From a virus: DNA of 64,000 bases. The translations under genes were made by a program, and so were the position numbers. This document shows, one piece after another, positions 9,766 to 16,948 of the stretch (within the stretch, counting starts at the first letter, position 1; each line of letters starts with the position of its first letter). The DNA is taken from IMG/VR virus record IMGVR_UViG_3300020182_001907; one strand, 5' to 3'. Below the pieces are notes generated by a model. That model had not been told where the DNA came from. It did no database searches and saw only the letters and a program-made list of their open reading frames with translations.

Positions 9766-10747
9766 GTGTGTGTTCTCCAAACCAAACGTCAAAACAATTA
9801 TTTTTTATTTTATATGACTCTGACCCTGTTGTATTTGTTAAAGCATCGCAAACCATATCAATACTTTCTTCAAACCTATCGAATAAAAATTCTTTAGGAT
9901 ATAATTCTGGATAAACTAATCTGTTGGGCAAAATAACATTGCATCCTAAATATGCAGCTTCAGCCATCCCAAAACCAAAATTTTCTTGTAATGCGTAACT
10001 AACAGCACATTTGCTTTTCGCTACTATATTATAGTAATTATCTTTATCCAAGTTCATTTCTTGTGTTTTAAGGAATTTTACTGGAAAATCTAGCTTTTTC
10101 GATACTTGTCGTGCTAGTTCATCAAACAACCATGGCTGCTTTTCATCGCACAACCTTCCATTAAATATTACAATATTATCTTTTTCTGTTCCTAGATGCA
10201 TGTCTAAGCCTACAAAATCTAAAGGTAGTCCGCTAACAATTAGTTTTTCTGACTGTACCATTCTTTTTTTAAGGATGTCATTTCGAATAAAATTACTGGC
10301 GCAAAAAACTTTGTCGGATATGTCAAAAACCATATCCTCGAAGTTTTTTGCCCAGCGTTCCATATCACGTACAAAGTCTGTATCAGTAAAACTTCCTGCA
10401 TGTACAACACCAGTAATTTTTGCATTTACTTTATGAAAATAATTCATATAGGCAATACTTTCGATCCCAGGGAACCAGATATCACTAAAAAAGAACACAT
10501 CATTGTCGGATACTTCGCCACGCTCATACATACTGGCAATTTCTGCCATCTGTAAACTTTTAAATTTAGAAGTAAATGCAGCATTTAAAAAACAACCTTC
10601 AGGTAATCCCGCAGGCTCTCCTGCAGCAGGATATACTCGTACAAATGGAACATTATTGACATTCAAATAATTAAGTATGTCTCTGTCCATATGAACTGTG
10701 TATCTGCCTTCAATATGCTCTAACGGAACATATATAATCTTACCCAT
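9755..10747 (-). CDS. GT-B fold glycosyltransferase
   Basis: IFNGRLCDEKQP, QENFGFGMAEA (Ex7E), PNRLVYPE; likely start MGKIIY at 10747. Confidence 0.8.
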   Translation of the reverse strand: MGKIIYVPLEHIEGRYTVHMDRDILNYLNVNNVPFVRVYPAAGEPAGLPEGCFLNAAFTSKFKSLQMAEIASMYERGEVSDNDVFFFSDIWFPGIESIAYMNYFHKVNAKITGVVHAGSFTDTDFVRDMERWAKNFEDMVFDISDKVFCASNFIRNDILKKRMVQSEKLIVSGLPLDFVGLDMHLGTEKDNIVIFNGRLCDEKQPWLFDELARQVSKKLDFPVKFLKTQEMNLDKDNYYNIVAKSKCAVSYALQENFGFGMAEAAYLGCNVILPNRLVYPELYPKEFLFDRFEESIDMVCDALTNTTGSESYKIKNNCFDVWFGEHTHGK

Positions 10748-10811
10748 ATTAGGTTTCCTTATAAATTGATGACGTATTTTTCTTTTTTGTAATAATCTGC
10801 CAGCACCCATT

Positions 10812-10991
10812 TTACATTGCGTTCTTTTTGTCCTGGATTTCTGCACGACGAGCTTTTGCAAGTTTTGCAAGTTCTCCCAAAGCCTTACGAGCTCTTGCCG
10901 CAGATGCTTTTACGCCTTTGGTTTCAAACTTCTCGCTTTCTGCGAGATACTCTTCCATTTGTGCTTTAATTTGTAAATGTACTTCTGTCAT
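10812..10991 (-). CDS. Small basic Hc1/histone-H1-like DNA-binding protein (59 aa)
   Basis: Below ORF-track cutoff: MTEVHLQIKAQMEEYLAESEKFETKGVKASAARARKALGELAKLAKARRAEIQDKKNAM; AAGGAG RBS. Confidence 0.7.
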   Translation of the reverse strand: MTEVHLQIKAQMEEYLAESEKFETKGVKASAARARKALGELAKLAKARRAEIQDKKNAM

Positions 10992-11002
10992 TTCTTTCTC
11001 CT

Positions 11003-12088
11003 TTAGTTTGTTTCATACCCTACAGCATAATTGTAATCTACGTAATCCTTCTTACATTTTAGATTACATTCCACCCAGGGCGAACTCTTCCAACTGTTAA
11101 ATAGTTTCTTCCAATGTTCATGATTAAGAACATCTTGCATAGAACTTGTTTTGACACTAAGTTGATCTCTATACATATAAAAGAAACTGTCAGTATAATT
11201 TATTGTTTTATCACCGTCACTCATAGCAATATAGGGAAAACTAGTCCAGGAACAGGGATGTAGTGCACCATCAGCGCTCAAATACATACCTCTGTTTCCC
11301 ACCATGCATAACGGCAAAATATTACCTTGTGGTTTTGCATTTTCATATTTAAAATGGTTAGTTTGCATATAGTTTTCTATAGGCTGTGTCCTGTTGCTAA
11401 TTTTTTTAATGCTTCTTTCGTATCTGTTAGTGCTACTAACAAATTCTGAATCTGGTTCTAAAGGATCGTATTCTCCGTACGATCCGTACTTGCTAGAAAA
11501 CTTTGTGCTTTTAGTCCATTGTACACTATCACAGCCATTTTGTAAAGCCTTATTTTGTATGTCGTAAATATGATCCTGATTAAATTTAAAATATATTGCT
11601 GCCCATACTGTAAATGCATCACTTTCTAATCCTATTATACGCATACCTTCCATTATGCTGTCCCACTCACTGTTTACCCGATATAGTATGTTACTGTCGT
11701 GATCGTAGCCATCTACACTAAAGTTTACAGTATCATAGTTGTTTAATAACCCTGCTAGCTCACGCCACCATTCTGGCTTTTTATAACTGCCGTTAGTGAT
11801 AATGAATATGTGACACGTAGGTTTAAGATTTTTTATATAGCGTACAATGTCTAGCATGTCCTTGCAGTATATAGGATCGCCGATATCTCCGCAAAATGTA
11901 AAACGTTGTACGTGTTCCAGTATAAAATCTTCTGTAAATGCGTTTTTAAACTCCTCAAAAGACCATTCTTTGTTTGTCCAGGAAGTGGCAGGCAATTCAG
12001 TTCTGGGGCACCTAGGACATTTTAGTGTGCACTTAGCACTTAACTCTATGTGCCAATGATATAATTGCCAGCCGTAATTATTAATCAC
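11003..12088 (-). CDS. Radical SAM protein
   Basis: CTLKCPRC, FCGDIGDP, ITNGS, FSVDG, C-terminal Cys cluster. Confidence 0.85.
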   Translation of the reverse strand: MINNYGWQLYHWHIELSAKCTLKCPRCPRTELPATSWTNKEWSFEEFKNAFTEDFILEHVQRFTFCGDIGDPIYCKDMLDIVRYIKNLKPTCHIFIITNGSYKKPEWWRELAGLLNNYDTVNFSVDGYDHDSNILYRVNSEWDSIMEGMRIIGLESDAFTVWAAIYFKFNQDHIYDIQNKALQNGCDSVQWTKSTKFSSKYGSYGEYDPLEPDSEFVSSTNRYERSIKKISNRTQPIENYMQTNHFKYENAKPQGNILPLCMVGNRGMYLSADGALHPCSWTSFPYIAMSDGDKTINYTDSFFYMYRDQLSVKTSSMQDVLNHEHWKKLFNSWKSSPWVECNLKCKKDYVDYNYAVGYETN

Positions 12089-12681
12089 GGCGCTAACCTT
12101 AAAAACTTATCTGCAGAAAATATAAAGTGATATATTTCTTCCGCAACATCTTCAGGCAAAAGGTGTTGATTATCATATAAATTATCAATAGATTTGTGGT
12201 TAGGCTTATGTCTATTATTATTAAAGTTTGTTTTAGTAAGGCCTAACCGAACTTCCTTAACTGTAACACTAGGATGCTCTTGGGAAAGCATATTACCAAA
12301 GTCTTCTAATGCTTTTTTAGATAGACTATATACTAAATCACCAGGCCAAAACTTATCATTGTTTGTGCTTGTGATGTTAACAATTATTACTTCTGAGTTT
12401 TTTCTAATTGCTAACTGACTTAGAGTCATAGGACTTACTAGATTAGCAGAGATAATTTTTTGCCAATCTAAAGTGTTATGCGAACTAAACGGAACTTTAC
12501 CACCCAAGTCGTGACCAGCACAGTTTATTAGCATGTCCACAAATGGCAGGCTTTCTATTCTGTCAGGGTAGTCTAAATCACATGCATTACGTGTTAGTTC
12601 AAACACATTATGTGTGGCTTTTAACAATGTGCTCAGGCACTTTCCTACCCCACTTGATGTTCCGGTAATTGCAACTTCCAT
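12085..12681 (-). CDS. Short-chain dehydrogenase/reductase
   Basis: AITGTSSGVG, INCAG, YSLSK (YxxxK); start MEVAIT at 12681. Confidence 0.85.
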   Translation of the reverse strand: MEVAITGTSSGVGKCLSTLLKATHNVFELTRNACDLDYPDRIESLPFVDMLINCAGHDLGGKVPFSSHNTLDWQKIISANLVSPMTLSQLAIRKNSEVIIVNITSTNNDKFWPGDLVYSLSKKALEDFGNMLSQEHPSVTVKEVRLGLTKTNFNNNRHKPNHKSIDNLYDNQHLLPEDVAEEIYHFIFSADKFLRLAP

Positions 12682-12683
12682 GT

Positions 12684-13091
12684 TTATCCTTGACGCACCT
12701 TCATTGTAAGGTCGCCATAAATATTCTCGCAACCGTTTTCATTGTCTTCGGCTACGGATATTTTTAACCAGCGATTGGGATATTTTGCTTGTATCTCTAA
12801 TGCCAAGTCATCTGCAATCATTTCACAACTCTTGTGATCCAATTGTAGTACACATGTACTGCTTTCTACTTCAGCGTACAATCTTTCTAACCAGCGTTTG
12901 AACTGGATAAATTCAATGTCTCTGTCGTCATGGAACACTTCGATCCATACTTTAAAGTGAAACATGTGTCTATGCGGAAAACCCAGGAAGCTAACATCGT
13001 CCCATTCACCTGTAGCAAGTTTAGGGTCTGTATCTGCACCTGGATACATGTGTACGCCTTCCTTCTGAAAGGTTACCCAAATAGTTCTCAT
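12684..13091 (-). CDS. QueD-paralogous T-fold protein, probably DpdL-type (CDG decarboxylase)
   Basis: EGVH...LGFPHRHMF...SCEMIA...VAEDNENG; HRH replaces QueD CxxxHGH; lies in a folE/queE/dpdA cluster. Confidence 0.65.
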   Translation of the reverse strand: MRTIWVTFQKEGVHMYPGADTDPKLATGEWDDVSFLGFPHRHMFHFKVWIEVFHDDRDIEFIQFKRWLERLYAEVESSTCVLQLDHKSCEMIADDLALEIQAKYPNRWLKISVAEDNENGCENIYGDLTMKVRQG

Positions 13092-13495
13092 TATAATGTC
13101 TCCACAAATTCTGCTAAGTCTTTAATGTCTGCATCACTTAACAAACTAGCCTGACTCCACATCATCGCAGATTGTCTGCCAACCTTCTCACGATTCTTGT
13201 ACGCAACAAGTCGCTCACTAATGTATGCAGCAGTTTGTCCTGCAAGTTTAGGACCAACACCACCTTCGCCTTTGCCACCGTGGCATGCAGCACAGCCAGC
13301 ATACTTCTTTTCACCTGGCAATTTTGGCTGTTCTTTCTTAACTGGAGCACCACCTGCTATAGCCACGGTTGGACTAAACAGTTGGTATTCAACAGTCTTT
13401 GGTTCTTCTTTTGGTGGTGTTACTCTTGTGCCAAACACTTTGTTAGGATCACAAGCTGTGATCAATAAGCATAAACTTACTAATAAAACTCTCAT
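13091..13495 (-). CDS. Cytochrome c (c553/c4-like) lipoprotein
   Basis: Lipobox LITAC, heme motif CAACH, GPKLAGQ, distal Met (AMM), LSDADIKDLAEFV. Confidence 0.9.
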   Translation of the reverse strand: MRVLLVSLCLLITACDPNKVFGTRVTPPKEEPKTVEYQLFSPTVAIAGGAPVKKEQPKLPGEKKYAGCAACHGGKGEGGVGPKLAGQTAAYISERLVAYKNREKVGRQSAMMWSQASLLSDADIKDLAEFVETL

Positions 13496-13638
13496 GTATT
13501 GTCCCCATCTCTATATTTTACGTTGTTCTTGTCAAAACCTTTTTTCTCATCATGTTCGACCATAAAGGGGTATGCAATACCGCATATGCCTACTAGCAAA
13601 AACCAAGCAGCCCCTAATAGTGTCATGATAGTATCCAT
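13492..13638 (-). CDS. Small membrane protein
   Basis: Start MDTIM at 13638 (TAATG overlap); single hydrophobic helix. Confidence 0.5.
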   Translation of the reverse strand: MDTIMTLLGAAWFLLVGICGIAYPFMVEHDEKKGFDKNNVKYRDGDNT

Positions 13639-13925
13639 TAGTCTTCGCCTTCCCGAAGATTTAACTCCTTTAAGTATTCGCCGCCATCCAATGTAGTGCT
13701 GTGAAAGCTCTCCCATCTTTTAACCACAATTCTTAACCCTCGGCAGATACCAGTTGAACCCACATTTTTAAATGCAAACGCTTCTATTGCCTGCATCTCT
13801 TCACGATTACATTGAGTAAAAGATTTACCATAAAAACTTCTGATAAAGTTTTCACATAAATTACTTAGATATACATCTAACTCTCTTTCTACAACTGAAA
13901 AATTTTCTATAACAAACTTATTCAT
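13638..13925 (-). CDS. Hypothetical protein
   Basis: 95 aa ORF coupled to its neighbours. Confidence 0.55.
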   Translation of the reverse strand: MNKFVIENFSVVERELDVYLSNLCENFIRSFYGKSFTQCNREEMQAIEAFAFKNVGSTGICRGLRIVVKRWESFHSTTLDGGEYLKELNLREGED

Positions 13926-14032
13926 TTATTCAACGCATCTTTTAGTTGCTCTAGAATCACAAGTATGCGCTCAAGCTGTTTCTTGTCTGATACATTATCA
14001 GTGTCAACTTCAAATTCTACTTTAACTTTCAT
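13922..14032 (-). CDS. Micro-ORF (36 aa)
   Basis: MKVKVEFEVDTDNVSDKKQLERILVILEQLKDALNK; fills the gap, ATGA overlap with the next gene. Confidence 0.5.
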   Translation of the reverse strand: MKVKVEFEVDTDNVSDKKQLERILVILEQLKDALNK

Positions 14033-14342
14033 CAGCTTCCTTTACAAACACGCCATCTACCATACGACCTTTGCGATCCTTAATATCATTATACGCTACT
14101 TCTAGACATTCTGTCAAGCTCAGTTTGTTACGTTCAGCGATATTAATTAGTACGACCATCATGTCACCGATATCGTCCCGGATGTCTTTGCCTTTGCAAA
14201 TGTTATCCGATAGCTCACCTGCTTCCTGAATAAGTTTAGCAAACTGTGTCTTATCATCTGAACCTTTAATAAGGTTCCTATCGTGATGCCATTGCTTGAT
14301 ATTTTCTACCCAAGCAAGAATAGTTGTATCTTCCATTGCCAT
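14022..14342 (-). CDS. MazG-like NTP pyrophosphohydrolase
   Basis: QFAKLIQEAGEL...DDIGDMMVVL...AYNDIKDRKG. Confidence 0.8.
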   Translation of the reverse strand: MAMEDTTILAWVENIKQWHHDRNLIKGSDDKTQFAKLIQEAGELSDNICKGKDIRDDIGDMMVVLINIAERNKLSLTECLEVAYNDIKDRKGRMVDGVFVKEADES

Positions 14343-15871
14343 TATATTTCTCCTAAAATATCTTCAAAGTTTGCATATTCCTCTGGTTTTGTCTCTTCCG
14401 ACTCTTCAAAAAAGTCAACACTTAGAGATGATTCCTGGTCTAGATCACCAAAACTTATTTCTTCCAAAAACGGCTTGTACTCTTTTAGCATTTCATAAGG
14501 ATTTTTACAGTCAGGATGCAACACTTCTTTTACAAAACTATCAAAATACACTACACTGTAAGGTACATATGGAGAGAACTCATTTGTTCCTTTGTTCTTT
14601 TTGTCTCTAATCCAGTCTTTGTATGTCAAATCAGTTCTGTATTTTTCCACATCAGCAAGACGATTTGCTTCCTGTACTGCAAATATATGGTTGTAAACAC
14701 TGTGCGCCATATAATACAAATAACTCTGCGTATCCCAGCTGGTGCTTCCTGCTTTTTTAGGTTTGCCGTTTCGATCCAGGTCACCTTCAGCCATAGCACA
14801 AATATCACCAGTAGTAAGTCTACTCATAATAGGAGATGCAGCAAATGGCATCGGCAAATCGCTGCCCTTCAAGCCCTGTTGATCAATAGCCCTATCCATA
14901 AAGTAACTAAACTTTTTAGGAGAAAAGAAATTATACGAGTATGTTGTCCCGTATGCTGTGTTCACAAAAGGGCTAGCAGCATCAAAACTTACTATAACAT
15001 CTTTGCTATAGTGTTCGCGGATAGTTCGTTGGATGCTTGTTAAATAACAACCCCAGTTCAACCTACCTGTTCCCAAAAAGTGAATCCAACCTTTGTTCTG
15101 TAGCAACCCATCGTCTTTAAGATTAAGTAATCTTTTGAGCGCCAAATACATGTTACTCTTGTTATTGCCAGCAAAAGCAAAGCCTTCAAGTGCAAGTTCA
15201 GCATCTCCGTAGTTTTCTTCCACCCAAGCAGGATCTGAAAATTGTTTAACGCCTTCATACCAGATATCAGATGTTGCTTCATCATTTCCACTAAGGATAT
15301 TCATAAATTTTGTTGCGCCAAGCACACGGTTTTTTAAAAAGTAATCAATATTTAAACAAGTAATATCAACACAAGTTTGGAAGTCCTTAAGTCCTGTTCG
15401 TTCGTTCAACGGAGGGATCGCTGCTACACTGGGAACATCAAGTATCATACTCCAATCTGTAGTATATTCTAACCATCGCAGCACTTTTTCGCAAAGTGCA
15501 AGTCTAGCAGGATCATTAGGATCTGTTACTGTTTCCCAGTCCATTTTAATAACGCCAGTTGCTACTTGGAACCCACCACTATCTCCTAGCACTACAGTTT
15601 TATTTCGGTTACGTCCCTGTACCATAGGTTCCTGAGAATCTGTTTTTTTCAAATCCAGTTGTGCATGTCCTGCACTATACAGAGTGTAAGGATAATGATA
15701 GTAACTATCCACTTCTTTCAAAAAGTCCATCCCTTCATGACCATGTTCTAAACCAACTGGAATTCTTGGTGCTTCTTCTTTAGATAACTTATCAAGTTGT
15801 TTTACATAGAAACTACTAAGTGCTGGTAAGTATACTGCATAGTCTCTTTGAGTTTTTCCTAAATCAAACAT
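14342..15871 (-). CDS. dpdA: TGT-fold 7-deazaguanine transglycosylase (DpdA-like)
   Basis: TGT catalytic motif GDSGGFQ, MILD, IHFLG, SFDAASP; no CxCxxC zinc site of tRNA TGTs; clustered with folE/queE and replication genes. Confidence 0.75.
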   Translation of the reverse strand: MFDLGKTQRDYAVYLPALSSFYVKQLDKLSKEEAPRIPVGLEHGHEGMDFLKEVDSYYHYPYTLYSAGHAQLDLKKTDSQEPMVQGRNRNKTVVLGDSGGFQVATGVIKMDWETVTDPNDPARLALCEKVLRWLEYTTDWSMILDVPSVAAIPPLNERTGLKDFQTCVDITCLNIDYFLKNRVLGATKFMNILSGNDEATSDIWYEGVKQFSDPAWVEENYGDAELALEGFAFAGNNKSNMYLALKRLLNLKDDGLLQNKGWIHFLGTGRLNWGCYLTSIQRTIREHYSKDVIVSFDAASPFVNTAYGTTYSYNFFSPKKFSYFMDRAIDQQGLKGSDLPMPFAASPIMSRLTTGDICAMAEGDLDRNGKPKKAGSTSWDTQSYLYYMAHSVYNHIFAVQEANRLADVEKYRTDLTYKDWIRDKKNKGTNEFSPYVPYSVVYFDSFVKEVLHPDCKNPYEMLKEYKPFLEEISFGDLDQESSLSVDFFEESEETKPEEYANFEDILGEI

Positions 15872-15876
15872 ATTTC

Positions 15877-16632
15877 TTAACCCTTAGCTGGAAGTAAGTA
15901 TGTGTATTCACCAATACCACTGCTAACTTTAATTTGTAAAAGTCCTTTAGTATTAATACTCATAACAATACCAGCGCTGTCACCCAAACGTAAAATTTTC
16001 AATACTACGTCCAAAGGCCATTTAAACTCATGAGTGATTTGACCGTTTGGTGCATCATTAATTAAAATTTTTGTCCTATCACCACCAGCATCACCAATAT
16101 AAAAATATAACTTTCCATCTTCTGTACGAGGGGAGAAAGTGCTTTCAAAAGCACTTAACACGCCGTTGAAATATGCTAAGTCTTTTAAGTTTTTTTGACT
16201 AGGTACAATACTTAGATCGAAATCTGCTCCTTTAAACTTAATTTCTTTTAATTGTGCATTAACAACATCAGCAAGCATAAATCTGTAATGTGCATCTGTA
16301 CCATTCTCGTCAACAAACGCAACTTCAGTTGGAACATCCACACCATTTCGTGACTGTTTAATAACTTGAACAGTCGCTACATCAGAGTCAAAGCCTGGAT
16401 ATTTTAAGTAACCGTCTAGTACATTCATACGACTTAAACCAACAGTGCTATCAACAAAATCAGCAACAGGATTTACCATAGACCCTTTAAAAATAACAGT
16501 CTTGTCTGCATCTACTGTTTCTACTTCTGTACTAGAACCAGTACCTGAAATTTTAACCATTTCAAAAATACCCAAGCTGTGGGTGTGTTTAAGTACGTCT
16601 TTCAGTACATCCTTAATCGCATTTTCTGCCAT
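15877..16632 (-). CDS. Probable DNA polymerase sliding clamp
   Basis: 251 aa alpha/beta protein of gp45/PCNA size, C-terminal strand YTYLLP, next to polB; inferred mostly from context. Confidence 0.55.
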   Translation of the reverse strand: MAENAIKDVLKDVLKHTHSLGIFEMVKISGTGSSTEVETVDADKTVIFKGSMVNPVADFVDSTVGLSRMNVLDGYLKYPGFDSDVATVQVIKQSRNGVDVPTEVAFVDENGTDAHYRFMLADVVNAQLKEIKFKGADFDLSIVPSQKNLKDLAYFNGVLSAFESTFSPRTEDGKLYFYIGDAGGDRTKILINDAPNGQITHEFKWPLDVVLKILRLGDSAGIVMSINTKGLLQIKVSSGIGEYTYLLPAKG

Positions 16633-16656
16633 GTGTGTTCTCCTGTGTAATTGTAT

Positions 16657-16914
16657 TTAGACAGTCTGTTCTGTCTGTTTTTGTTTTTTTCGTTCATTGT
16701 TTAGAAAATATAACCTTATATGATATTTTCTAACTACTGCAAAAACTGTAAAGATACATATAAGTGTCGTGCTTGTTGCAACTGGTCCAAATTCTAGTAT
16801 AGTAAGGCATACCCATACTATTATATAGTTTAACGGTATGTTAAAGGAACCAGCAATAAGCGTATCTATAGCCGCTTCTTTTAATGCTCTAGCTTTATCA
16901 CTTTTTGTAATCAT
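16657..16914 (-). CDS. Small membrane protein
   Basis: Two hydrophobic segments; ATG 5 nt after a TATAAT box. Confidence 0.55.
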   Translation of the reverse strand: MITKSDKARALKEAAIDTLIAGSFNIPLNYIIVWVCLTILEFGPVATSTTLICIFTVFAVVRKYHIRLYFLNNERKKQKQTEQTV

Positions 16915-16919
16915 ACTGT

Positions 16920-16948
16920 ATTATACTAGAAATCGAAGAATGTGTCAA
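16920..16948 (-). promoter_or_regulatory. Sigma70-like promoter overlapping the polB 3' end
   Basis: TTGACA-N17-TATAAT. Confidence 0.6.

Noticed and set aside
10748-10870. N-terminal extension of the glycosyltransferase given by the ORF track
   Set aside because: Overlaps the Hc1-like gene; a better start with RBS lies at 10747.
14342-15871. Ordinary tRNA-guanine transglycosylase for queuosine (tRNA-Asn GUU is present)
   Set aside because: It lacks the TGT zinc-binding Cys motif, there is no queC/queF/queA/queG in the window, and it sits with replication genes. A DNA or nucleotide role is more likely, but not proven.
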